Below, one piece after another: positions 1 to 7,333 of a stretch of DNA of 13,722 bases (positions within the stretch are counted from its first letter, which is position 1; the number at the start of each line of letters is the position of its first letter). The notes beneath the pieces were generated by a model. It saw only the letters and a program-made list of their open reading frames with translations. It was not told where the DNA came from and did not search any database. Both the position numbers and the translations under genes were made by a program. Source of the stretch: a virus (lineage: Duplodnaviria; Heunggongvirae; Uroviricota; Caudoviricetes); the IMG/VR virus record IMGVR_UViG_2778261570_000018, positions 1 through 13,722 of that record, one strand, 5' to 3'.

Positions 1-215
1 GTGCTGCGGATGATTTCCTGTCGGTGATTAACCCGGAATCGCTGGTGATCAAACAAGGCTTTGCTGAACCGTCGCTGAAAGAAGCGGTAGCGGGTAAAGC
101 ATTCCAGTTTGAGCGTGAAGGTTATTTCTGCCTCGACAGCCGCCATTCTACGGCGGAAAAACCGGTATTTAACCGCACCGTTGGGCTGCGTGATACCTGG
201 GCGAAGTTAGGTTAA
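1..215 (+). CDS. glnS: 3' end of glutaminyl-tRNA synthetase gene (5'-truncated by window edge; reading frame starts at nt 3)
   Basis: Frame is open from the window start to TAA at 213-215. Translation ...[70 protein letters not shown] matches my recollection of the C-terminal region of enterobacterial GlnRS. The listed ORF start at 24 is an internal GTG, not a real start. Confidence 0.7.
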   Translation, partial: AADDFLSVINPESLVIKQGFAEPSLKEAVAGKAFQFEREGYFCLDSRHSTAEKPVFNRTVGLRDTWAKLG

Positions 216-240
216 TAGGTATTTCGCCACATGAAAAAGT

Positions 241-266
241 AAACGCCGCTACTGCGGCGTTTTTTA
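241..266. terminator. Rho-independent terminator shared by convergent glnS and the Dam-like gene
   Basis: Stem aaacgccgc (241-249), loop tact, stem gcggcgttt (254-262), followed by a T-run through 265. The minus-strand Dam-like stop codon (264-266) lies in the T-tract. Confidence 0.65.
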
Positions 267-1169
267 CTTCATTATTGCAATTATATCGTTAGCAACTACA
301 CGTGTTGACGCCTTGCAGGAAACCGACCGTCTGGCTGCCATATGATGTACTTTAAACCCGTTTCCTTCATATAGCTCACGGATGTTTGGAGCACCACTAT
401 TTGTTATCACTACCTTAGCGCCGCGCTGGTGGGCATCCACCAACAGTGATACAAGCCGTTTTTGTTCATCGAAACGGAAGCTATTTCCTGAATAGCTGGT
501 AAATCCCTCTGTATCCGGAAGCGGTTCATACGGCGGATCACAAAAAATCACATCGTCTTCACCAGCCGCCTCGATGACGCTAGCAAAGTCTCCTGATACA
601 AAGGAAGTGTTTTTGAGTACGTCATCAGCCAAAAATGCCTCCATCTCTGCATGTGGGAAGTAGGGCGCTTTGTATTTGCCATACCCCACGTTGAACTCGC
701 CATTTTGGTTGTACCGCGTTACGCCATTAAAACAGTGACGATTAAGGTACAAAAATGCGGCAGCATGATGTAGCTGGTCATATTTTCCTCTGTTAAATGC
801 CTCACGCACTTCGAGGTAAGCGTCAGCGTTGTTGTAATTTTTGAAAAAACTATATGACAGCGTGACGAGCGAATGTCCTTCTCGCTGCAATGTCTGATAG
901 AAGTTAATCAGGTCACCGTTAATATCATTAAGCAGGTTGTGGCGAAATCCTGCATTCGTAAATACGGAACCGCCACCAACGAATGGTTCTATTAACCGCT
1001 TACCGTGTGGTAGATGCTCAAGCACTGTAGGCAATTCTGAGAATTTACCACCTACCCATTTGAATATCGGACGCTCATATTCATCCGGAGTCCGAATGGT
1101 GCGCATATAGCTAATTTCAGCCATCGTATCCTGTTTTTCTATGGCTATGCTTGCTATAGATTTACTCAT
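264..1169 (-). CDS. Dam-family N6-adenine DNA methyltransferase (orphan; start codon uncertain, alternatives ATG 1124 or 1106)
   Basis: Translation contains FKWVGGK (AdoMet-binding motif, as in E. coli Dam LKWAGGK), PFVGGGSVF, LYLNR and the catalytic DPPY motif (VIFCDPPYEP). ATG at 1169 is preceded by AAGGGGG and overlaps the upstream gene stop (TATGAGTAA), suggesting translational coupling. Confidence 0.85.
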   Translation of the reverse strand: MSKSIASIAIEKQDTMAEISYMRTIRTPDEYERPIFKWVGGKFSELPTVLEHLPHGKRLIEPFVGGGSVFTNAGFRHNLLNDINGDLINFYQTLQREGHSLVTLSYSFFKNYNNADAYLEVREAFNRGKYDQLHHAAAFLYLNRHCFNGVTRYNQNGEFNVGYGKYKAPYFPHAEMEAFLADDVLKNTSFVSGDFASVIEAAGEDDVIFCDPPYEPLPDTEGFTSYSGNSFRFDEQKRLVSLLVDAHQRGAKVVITNSGAPNIRELYEGNGFKVHHMAARRSVSCKASTRVVANDIIAIMK

Positions 1170-1842
1170 AGAGCACCCCCTTATTCGCTTCGAAAACTGC
1201 CTTTGCGAATCCATGTGGAGTAGCACTTCGAAAATTAGCCCTGTCAGGCCCTGGTGGCGCGGCATGGATTCTGTTATCTGGCTTGCCTAATGATTCGTCC
1301 ATTAGGGCATCAGGCATGACAAAGCCCTGGCCGCTCCAGAGGCATGTTTTTTTGGTGTAGTTATCTTCCTGACAATATGCAGTGAAGAAGTAAGGGTGAA
1401 AGATGTGATCTGGCTTACGCCAGAATGTCGATATTTTGCTGACCGGATTTTCAATCATGTACGGACAACCGATCATCTTTGCAATGTCATAACACTGCCA
1501 GACAACCTGCATTGCTTTGAACTGGAAAACCGGATCTTTATTAGCCTTGTCCGAAAACCAGCGCGCGCCGGAAACAGCCAGGTCAGTACACGGTGGGAAC
1601 CCGGCCAGAAACACGATGCGCTGCAAATTCTTACGGAGAAAAGCGTATACTTCATCGCTATCGATGATCGCACTAATACGCGTCAGAACGGCACCTGATT
1701 GCATCCGCTCGTCACTGGTCGATAAGTGCTGTGGATCGACGATAGCGGCATCGACACCGTATTCCAGCCAGGGGGCAACCATTGCCCCCGTAAAATCACA
1801 AAGACTCACAACAAGCGGTCGGTTATTATCGTTCTGCTTCAC
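1162..1842 (-). CDS. Short DNA C5-cytosine methyltransferase-like protein (about 226 aa; start uncertain, GTG 1842 preferred over ORF-track TTG 1914 and ATG 1782)
   Basis: Ordered motifs with C5-MTase-like spacing: LCDFTGAM (motif I-like), GFPPCTD (PC catalytic Cys motif IV), IENPVS (ENV-like motif VI). GGAGG sits 9 nt upstream of GTG 1842. Starting at 1911/1914 would overlap RdgC by more than 80 nt. Confidence 0.5.
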   Translation of the reverse strand: MKQNDNNRPLVVSLCDFTGAMVAPWLEYGVDAAIVDPQHLSTSDERMQSGAVLTRISAIIDSDEVYAFLRKNLQRIVFLAGFPPCTDLAVSGARWFSDKANKDPVFQFKAMQVVWQCYDIAKMIGCPYMIENPVSKISTFWRKPDHIFHPYFFTAYCQEDNYTKKTCLWSGQGFVMPDALMDESLGKPDNRIHAAPPGPDRANFRSATPHGFAKAVFEANKGVLYE

Positions 1843-2731
1843 CGCCAATGGCCTCCACCAGCGCGTTAAACAGTGCAGATAATTCGCCCGTAAAGAGCAC
1901 GAAATCAGCATCAAATCGTTGTGCTACATCCTCCCGGTCGATATCGTCGTTCTGGTCATAGAGATCATCACAGAATGTCAGGGCTTTGATACTCATATCA
2001 TCGTTGACTCTGAACGACGCACGGTCCATCCAGTTAATTGCAACGGTCGTAGCTACTTTCCCCGCCTCAATGTGAGACATAATCTCGTCGGACTGTAGAT
2101 CAACTTTGTTGCAGCGAACGGCACCACCATTATCGAGCAGACCCTTTAATGTGGCGTCTTCACCTGCTGTAAATCCGGCAGGGAAGCCGCTTTTAAACCA
2201 CTCGGTCATTGTAATTTCCAGCGGTTCGCGTGGTGTGAATGGAATGACAGGCAGGCTGCCGAGCGACTTTCGCAATAAAGCCAGCTGGTCCTCTGCCTTT
2301 TTGGCGCTGCTTGCCTCAACGAATACCAGATGGTTGCTGCGGTCGATCAGGATTTTGGCGAGTGATTTTCTCGTGAACGCGCGAGGCAAAAGTGAATGCA
2401 GGACTTCATCTTTAAGACTGTCTCTTTCCGTTTTCTTCAGCTTGCGGGCTTGCTCTTCTTCGAGTTTCAGGACTTTTTTCTGCAACTCTTCCTTGAGCAC
2501 CTGCGAGGGGAGAATTTTTTCTTCTCGCTTATGCTGTATTAGCAGAAAACCCTGGTATTCATGGGTGAGGTTGTCACCAAGAACAGGTGTCCAACCGACT
2601 TTAGCTGTGTCCTGAGAACCGCAAGGAGTAAACACGAATTTGCTAAGAGCATCGGATACTTCTGCGGCACTCCAGTTAACTTCACGTGAAAGACGATAGA
2701 TGAAGATGTTTTTGAAAGCGACTGATCTCAT
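1826..2731 (-). CDS. rdgC: RdgC-like recombination-associated DNA-binding protein (extra, island-borne copy)
   Basis: 301 aa, ATG at 2731. Collinear similarity to E. coli RdgC as I recall it ([83 protein letters not shown]-terminal GGEA.R). Confidence 0.85.
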   Translation of the reverse strand: MRSVAFKNIFIYRLSREVNWSAAEVSDALSKFVFTPCGSQDTAKVGWTPVLGDNLTHEYQGFLLIQHKREEKILPSQVLKEELQKKVLKLEEEQARKLKKTERDSLKDEVLHSLLPRAFTRKSLAKILIDRSNHLVFVEASSAKKAEDQLALLRKSLGSLPVIPFTPREPLEITMTEWFKSGFPAGFTAGEDATLKGLLDNGGAVRCNKVDLQSDEIMSHIEAGKVATTVAINWMDRASFRVNDDMSIKALTFCDDLYDQNDDIDREDVAQRFDADFVLFTGELSALFNALVEAIGGEAER

Positions 2732-2737
2732 GTTTCA

Positions 2738-2781
2738 CCAATTGTGTTAGAAAATTCTATTCAATTATCTAACACAATTGG
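2738..2781. promoter_or_regulatory. Perfect 13-bp inverted repeat with 18-bp AT-rich spacer in the spike-rdgC intergenic region (candidate operator)
   Basis: ccaattgtgttag (2738-2750) and ctaacacaattgg (2769-2781) are exact reverse complements. They lie between the spike-like gene stop (2791) and the rdgC start (2731). No U-tract follows on the transcribed strand, so a terminator is unlikely. Confidence 0.4.
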
Positions 2782-2790
2782 ATGTGTTTT

Positions 2791-3444
2791 CTATCCCTTC
2801 TTGAAATCAAAGTTGCTTGCGATAGCCTGGAAGGTGCCTCCAGCCTTGAAATCAATATTTTCGTCGGCTGTCACAGTAATGTTTTTGCCATTAACGCTGA
2901 TGTTATCGGCTGATTTGACGTTAACACTCCCTCCCGCATTCACTACTACATCAGCCGGACCAATGATGTATATCTGCCCTGATTCATTCATTCCAATCCT
3001 TGAGCCTGCTGCCGTATTCGCTATTTCATATCCACCGCCAGCCGTTCGCACTTCGAGCACATTGTTGCGGTGAATCACGAAATCTTTTGTCGCCGAAAAT
3101 TGCGGGCGGGGAGGCGCTCCGTCTACTTCTGGTGGCGTCCAGCCGCTACCATTGCCTGACGCCTCCGGCGCGACGTTTGGTACTCCGCCAGGCGCATCCT
3201 GAGCTGCGCCAACTATCATTGGGCGTCTGGTATCAATTCGACCATTAACATCCAGATAAGGAAACTCTACCCATACCAGGTCGCCTTTTACTGTAGGTAC
3301 AAAAGCGTTTCCGATGGGTAACAGGTATTCCGCCCAGGGTAGATCGTCATCAGGAACGCCATTCCAGTCAGGTAAAACACGGACTTGAGCACGCATAAGC
3401 CCTGCCGGGTGCACAGTTCCAACAATTTGCGCTCTACGCTTCAT
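2791..3444 (-). CDS. Phage baseplate spike protein, gpV/gp5-like (N-terminal OB-fold plus C-terminal beta-helix-like repeats)
   Basis: N-terminus GLMRAQVRVLPDWNGVPDDDLPWAEYLLPIGNAFVPTVKGDLVWVEFPYLDVNGRIDTRRPMIVGA fits the gpV/gp5/VgrG OB-fold pattern. C-terminus has G/N/V-rich repeats (VVVNAGGSVNVKSADNISVNGKNITVTADENIDFKAGG). The ATG overlaps the upstream stop as ATGA. Confidence 0.55.
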   Translation of the reverse strand: MKRRAQIVGTVHPAGLMRAQVRVLPDWNGVPDDDLPWAEYLLPIGNAFVPTVKGDLVWVEFPYLDVNGRIDTRRPMIVGAAQDAPGGVPNVAPEASGNGSGWTPPEVDGAPPRPQFSATKDFVIHRNNVLEVRTAGGGYEIANTAAGSRIGMNESGQIYIIGPADVVVNAGGSVNVKSADNISVNGKNITVTADENIDFKAGGTFQAIASNFDFKKG

Positions 3445-4421
3445 TTGTTCGGCACTCCCAATATCATTCGTGTTGTGTAGCCTACGCGGTCTTCAAAGTG
3501 CGCAACATTTTTTACTATCAGCTTACGGGGCATTGATTCATCAATGCGGTTTTCCTGGTCATAGCGGTATACGATAATCTCTATCACCATTCCCGGTTTT
3601 ATATCAGGATTGCCTGCGACTTCTATATCCATTTTGGGGACGAGAGACAGCTGCATATTGCGAAGAGTTTCCATATCAGAGTCGGATATATAACGCACTG
3701 GGAGTGAGCTATCGCCATATTCGACGTAGCCATCGGTCATGGAATACCCAACAAAACGATATTGATTCTTTGCTGTTGTCGCATGTTCCTGTTGGAGTAG
3801 GCGCATTTTGGACAAAGTGTATTCTGCTTTAGGGTTATTCCCCTCGTAGGTAAATGATGGCGTTTGCTTCATCAGATCAGCCAGGGTGTAAAAGTTAAAT
3901 TCCCCCCGGCATACCCAACATAATGCACCTTTGTCTCGCGCTATCTCCGAAAGCATTTTTGACGGTTTGTCACCGGCATTCAGATGATATGTAACTGCGC
4001 GTTTTAGCACGCTGCTGGTAATTTTAAGTTTGCCGGAATATGCCTTGAATATAGCGTCTGGTGTTTTGTTGGTATGTAAATTTGTGCGCGGGGAGGGGAT
4101 CTTAAACCTGCGCACGTCTTCACTGACAGCAATAACGGTAACAACATCACCAGCCAGCATTGCAGACGTAACAAAGAAATCTGTTTTAAAAGTGCCTGCA
4201 TTACCGTTTGGATCGCCCATTTCAGCCACCAGCGATGCACCGTATTTGGCTTTCCAGTCATCAATTACGGTGCCGGTAGCGTCATGAATTTCCAGTTTTA
4301 GCAAAGGGGCTTTGAGGCTGGTTTTTTCTACATATACTGCGGTAAAAATCCAGTCTCGTGGCACTTTGTTATCGTTAATGAGCACTGACTGTAGAAAATA
4401 TTGTTGTAACTCCTGGGCCAC
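3441..4421 (-). CDS. Hypothetical protein, 326 aa, in the tail/baseplate-like operon (possible hub-type protein; function not established)
   Basis: Long ORF with GTG start at 4421, 3 nt after the upstream stop, preceded by GGGGTGA. Its stop overlaps the spike gene start (ATGA). No family motif recognised with confidence. Confidence 0.55.
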   Translation of the reverse strand: MAQELQQYFLQSVLINDNKVPRDWIFTAVYVEKTSLKAPLLKLEIHDATGTVIDDWKAKYGASLVAEMGDPNGNAGTFKTDFFVTSAMLAGDVVTVIAVSEDVRRFKIPSPRTNLHTNKTPDAIFKAYSGKLKITSSVLKRAVTYHLNAGDKPSKMLSEIARDKGALCWVCRGEFNFYTLADLMKQTPSFTYEGNNPKAEYTLSKMRLLQQEHATTAKNQYRFVGYSMTDGYVEYGDSSLPVRYISDSDMETLRNMQLSLVPKMDIEVAGNPDIKPGMVIEIIVYRYDQENRIDESMPRKLIVKNVAHFEDRVGYTTRMILGVPNK

Positions 4422-4424
4422 TTA

Positions 4425-5192
4425 TCACCCCATAGATATCGAGGTTTCGGTAATAATACGTTTTGCGTCCAACTCCCATGCTGTGATCACGTCTGCAATC
4501 ACACTTATCGGCGCTTGTGTGGCATAAATACGCTCTTCTCCAATTGGTGCTGAAACATCCGTAAAGCCGACTTCTTTGGCATCCTGTATCGAGCAAATCA
4601 ACGGGACCGGGACACGAACAAGGTGAGTGGTGGCTTCAAATTGTGTACCTGTCATCAGGCGAAGCCGTGCGCCCAGCGAATTACACATCAGACTCATGGT
4701 CGCTTTATCAGTTGCCATTAACGTAACGTCATACGTCAGAATGGCCTGGGTGTATTCCAGTTCTGCTAAAGGCATTCCGGTATCCGGTTCGCAAAAACTG
4801 GCTACTTTTTTGCGGTCAATCTGCTGATCATCGTTGATATAATTGATATCCATAGTGCGTGAGATATTGACCAGGGGGAGAGCATCCCGGTTAATGTTCT
4901 GGTTTTCAGGTTTTCTCCCTTGCCCGGCATTTGCGCGACGAACTGCTTTAAGAAACTCGATCGCATTGTCGAAACGGGCCACATAGACACGCTCTGCTGG
5001 TGGACGATTCAGGAATGACGCAAAGCGTTTTTCTTCCGGCGCGGGGGCCACCAGTAAGATATCAGAAAAAATGTTGCTGATTAGCGTCGCAAACGCGTTA
5101 TCCACGTTTTCAAAGCCCGTGGTCTGGAATTTTCCTGTGCGTGAGGTTTGCCATTCACCTGTTCGCGCCAGGAGGGTTTTATTTGAAGTCAT
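4425..5192 (-). CDS. Hypothetical protein, 255 aa, in the tail/baseplate-like operon
   Basis: ATG at 5192 overlaps the upstream stop (ATGA). Uninterrupted ORF with position in a tightly coupled operon. No recognisable motif. Confidence 0.55.
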   Translation of the reverse strand: MTSNKTLLARTGEWQTSRTGKFQTTGFENVDNAFATLISNIFSDILLVAPAPEEKRFASFLNRPPAERVYVARFDNAIEFLKAVRRANAGQGRKPENQNINRDALPLVNISRTMDINYINDDQQIDRKKVASFCEPDTGMPLAELEYTQAILTYDVTLMATDKATMSLMCNSLGARLRLMTGTQFEATTHLVRVPVPLICSIQDAKEVGFTDVSAPIGEERIYATQAPISVIADVITAWELDAKRIITETSISMG

Positions 5193-5980
5193 TCGATCAC
5201 TCCGTTTTGAGTCGTATCAAAATTCCTGGCAGGTATGCAGTAGTAAAGCGAACCAACATGTTGTGTGCCGTAGCTAAAAATACGGTGCACGTACCACCAG
5301 CGGCGGGCTACGCCGTTTACCATCTCTTCATTCCATTCAAGAATTGATCCGACGGGGACTTTATTTGCTGCAATACGCAGAATCAGAACATCATCGGTTA
5401 AGCCATCCTGCTCACCGTCTGCGTCAATCGCATGGAAAGAGTCACGCCCGTCCGGGTTATCCAGCACATAAACGATTTCAGGTTCCTGGTAAGTCAGTTC
5501 GCGCTGGTTGTTATCCAGTTCAGTGAATGACTCTTCTCCTGTTTCGTCGCTGACTACCCCATATGTGCCAACATCTGGTCGATATAAGAGAGCCTGAAAC
5601 GCGTCTGGGCTGGATTCAATAATCAGCATCCAGTCTGCGCGGATTTGGTCGTTAAAGGCTTTATGCCCGTTATAGCGTGCTTTTAACTGTGGAGTCGGTT
5701 CTCTGCCAGCCAGGGAAGATGGAAGTATGGCTATATCTGATTCGCCAGCATCCGGAGTAAGGCCACCGTTGCTATCAGCAAAATTATCATGGCTATCAGC
5801 TTTGGCGGCGGGTTGCTCTTCCAGAATGCTGAATGAATCCGAACCGGTATTGCCATGTTCCGGCGCGCCTCCTGCATTCGCTTCAATCGGCGCTGGCGTT
5901 TCTCTCTGCGTGCTGTCATGTTCTGACTCCTTACTTGCCAGGTTTGCATCGTCAGCAAACCATTCGTCAAAACGGCCCAT
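5189..5980 (-). CDS. Hypothetical acidic protein, about 263 aa, first gene of the tail/baseplate-like operon (start ATG 5980; ORF-track TTG 5992 unlikely)
   Basis: GAGG sits 6 nt upstream of ATG 5980. The N-terminal half or so is D/E/S/G-rich low complexity; the C-terminal part appears globular (WWYVHRIFSYG...). Confidence 0.55.
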   Translation of the reverse strand: MGRFDEWFADDANLASKESEHDSTQRETPAPIEANAGGAPEHGNTGSDSFSILEEQPAAKADSHDNFADSNGGLTPDAGESDIAILPSSLAGREPTPQLKARYNGHKAFNDQIRADWMLIIESSPDAFQALLYRPDVGTYGVVSDETGEESFTELDNNQRELTYQEPEIVYVLDNPDGRDSFHAIDADGEQDGLTDDVLILRIAANKVPVGSILEWNEEMVNGVARRWWYVHRIFSYGTQHVGSLYYCIPARNFDTTQNGVIE

Positions 5981-6074
5981 AAGCATCCTCAAAGGTCGAT
6001 CTGTCAGGTATCGAAAGGAAGATTTTCGGGAGATTGTGATTTTGGATGAAGGAGGGGGAATTCATAAAATGCAC

Positions 6075-6103
6075 TTGCGCACAGTGCAACGGTGCGCTAT
6101 AGT
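6075..6103 (+). promoter_or_regulatory. Candidate sigma70 promoter of higBA-1 with an operator-like inverted repeat in the spacer
   Basis: TTGCGC (6075-6080), 17-bp spacer, TATAGT (6098-6103). Inverted repeat gcgcac (6077-6082) / gtgcgc (6092-6097) sits between the -35 and -10, a typical autorepression layout. GGAGG at 6126-6130 precedes ATG 6143. Confidence 0.4.
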
Positions 6104-6142
6104 TATGGCATTCAGTAATCCTCACGGAGGATCAAATGGCTA

Positions 6143-6445
6143 ATGACCAAAAAAATTAACATAAAGGATTTCAGGGATGCGTGGCTTGATGATTTTTTTG
6201 AATTTTCAACACCACATAGAAAGATACCTCCTGATATTCATATGACATTGTCACGGAAGTTGGACATTATCAATGCCGCAACTACCTGTAATGATTTAAG
6301 ATCACCACCAGGTAATCGGTATGAGGAACTGTCAGGGAAGCTAAATGGCTATTCATCAGTAAGGGTGAATAAGCAATATAGGTTAATTTTTAAGTGGGTT
6401 AACGGAAAGGCCGAGGACTTGTATCTCGACCCTCACAAATACTAA
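6143..6445 (+). CDS. higB: HigB-family toxin (Rts1 HigB / killer-protein type, RelE/ParE superfamily)
   Basis: 100 aa. C-terminal pattern EELSGKLNGYSSVRVNKQYRLIFKWVNGKAEDLYLDPHKY parallels Rts1 HigB (...LKGDREGYWSITVRANWRITFQFINGD..L..EDYH as recalled). Toxin-first gene order with a downstream HTH antitoxin. Confidence 0.8.
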   Translation: MTKKINIKDFRDAWLDDFFEFSTPHRKIPPDIHMTLSRKLDIINAATTCNDLRSPPGNRYEELSGKLNGYSSVRVNKQYRLIFKWVNGKAEDLYLDPHKY

Positions 6446-6515
6446 AACAGATACCCGGTTACGAACCGGGTTCTGACCAGAGTCCACTTAATACGCACGC
6501 TAGTAAGGGCAAAAA

Positions 6516-6854
6516 ATGAAACAGGCAACCAGAAAACCGACGACCGTAGGTGATATCCTGCTGTACGAATACCTGGAGCCGTTAGAGCTGAAGATCAACG
6601 AGTTAGCAGAAATACTTCATGTTCATCGTAACACCGTAAGTGCTCTTGTTAATAATAATCGTAAGCTAACGATGGATATGGCATATCGCCTGGCAAAAGC
6701 ATTCGATACTTCTGTAGATTTTTGGATTAATCTTCAGACCGCAGTAGATCTGTGGGAAGTCGAAAATGATATGCGCGTTCAGGAAGAGTTAAGTCGTATC
6801 AATACTGCTGAAAAATTTATTTCTCAGCGGAACCTGAATAAAAAAGCAGCCTGA
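6516..6854 (+). CDS. higA: HigA-family antitoxin (XRE-type HTH, addiction-module antidote)
   Basis: 112 aa. GDILLYEYLEPLELKINELAEILHVHRNTVSALVNNNRKLTMDMAYRLAKAFDTSVDFWINLQ matches the HigA antidote HTH pattern. TAAGGG is 6 nt upstream of ATG 6516. Confidence 0.8.
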   Translation: MKQATRKPTTVGDILLYEYLEPLELKINELAEILHVHRNTVSALVNNNRKLTMDMAYRLAKAFDTSVDFWINLQTAVDLWEVENDMRVQEELSRINTAEKFISQRNLNKKAA

Positions 6855-6873
6855 TATAGTAAAACACATACAA

Positions 6874-6905
6874 AAAGCCCACTTAGCAAGTGGGCTTTCC
6901 TTTGT
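6874..6905 (+). terminator. Intrinsic terminator after higBA-1
   Basis: Stem aaagcccact (6874-6883), loop tagca, stem agtgggcttt (6889-6898), then cctttgtaatt. Confidence 0.55.
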
Positions 6906-6910
6906 AATTA

Positions 6911-7270
6911 ATGAACATTAAACCCATCCGTACAGAACAAGATTATGAGGCCGCACTGCGTGCGGTCGAACCGATGTTCGATAACGAACCGGAAATGAAT
7001 ACTCCGGAAGGTGATTTCTTTGAGGTTATGAGTCTTCTCATTGAGGAGTACGAGAAAAAACATTACCCAATTGAGCCACCATCACCTATTGAGGCCATTA
7101 AATTCCGTATGGAACAGCAAGGGCTGACCGTGAAGGATCTGGAACCGGCAATTGGTAAGTCAAACCGTGTTTACGAAGTGCTTAATGGGACACGAAATTT
7201 GACGTTACCTATGATTCGTCGTTTACATGCCCAGTTTGGTATTCCACTGGAAAGCCTGGTTGGCGTTTGA
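6911..7270 (+). CDS. Stand-alone HigA-like antitoxin/regulator of the E. coli YgjM (K-12 HigA) type, C-terminal HTH
   Basis: 119 aa. C-terminal GLTVKDLEPAIGKSNRVYEVLNGTRNLTLPMIRRLHAQFGIPLESL parallels K-12 HigA (GLTLSDLPEIGSKSMVSRVLSGKRKLTLEHAKKLATRFGISPALF as recalled). N-terminal EQDYEAALRAVEPMF parallels EEQYTQALELVDHLL. No cognate toxin gene is adjacent. Confidence 0.7.
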   Translation: MNIKPIRTEQDYEAALRAVEPMFDNEPEMNTPEGDFFEVMSLLIEEYEKKHYPIEPPSPIEAIKFRMEQQGLTVKDLEPAIGKSNRVYEVLNGTRNLTLPMIRRLHAQFGIPLESLVGV

Positions 7271-7275
7271 GTTTT

Positions 7276-7299
7276 GCGGTCTGGATGACCGCTGTTTTT
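7276..7299 (+). terminator. Intrinsic terminator after the HigA-like gene
   Basis: Stem gcggtc (7276-7281), loop tggat, stem gaccgc (7287-7292), then tgttttt. Confidence 0.55.
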
Positions 7300-7333
7300 A
7301 TAAAAAATAGATACTAGAAATTTGGTAGCATAT

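Noticed and set aside
24-215. ORF-track entry as a complete 63-aa gene starting at 24
   Set aside because: The frame is open back to the window start and the start at 24 is an internal GTG codon. It is the 3' end of a longer gene (glnS-like), not a small gene.
1396-1882. Plus- and minus-strand ORFs (1396-1698 +, 1473-1673 -, 1517-1882 +) inside the C5-MTase-like gene
   Set aside because: They lie entirely antisense to or out of frame within a gene with recognisable MTase motifs, have no RBS and no recognisable products. They are shadow ORFs.
2106-2615. 169-aa plus-strand ORF antisense to rdgC
   Set aside because: Product is low-complexity (S/R/L-rich), typical of antisense translation of a real gene. 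rdgC on the opposite strand has strong homology support.
2744-3248. Plus-strand ORFs 2744-3073 and 3000-3248 opposite the spike-like gene
   Set aside because: They overlap the well-supported gpV-like CDS on the other strand and have no RBS or motif.
4004-5526. Multiple 60-90-aa ORFs on both strands (4004-4264 -, 4030-4287 +, 4312-4527 +, 4375-4596 -, 4627-4827 +, 4802-4990 -, 5071-5277 +, 5141-5347 +, 5344-5526 +)
   Set aside because: All are nested within or antisense to the long, translationally coupled operon genes. They are short, lack RBSs and are consistent with chance ORFs.
5727-6143. 138-aa plus-strand ORF and 79-aa minus ORF (5731-5970) overlapping the acidic-protein gene and the higB-1 promoter
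   Set aside because: They are antisense or alternative frames of the acidic protein gene. The plus ORF's tail (ATG 6068) overlaps the predicted higB-1 promoter and has a poorly spaced RBS.
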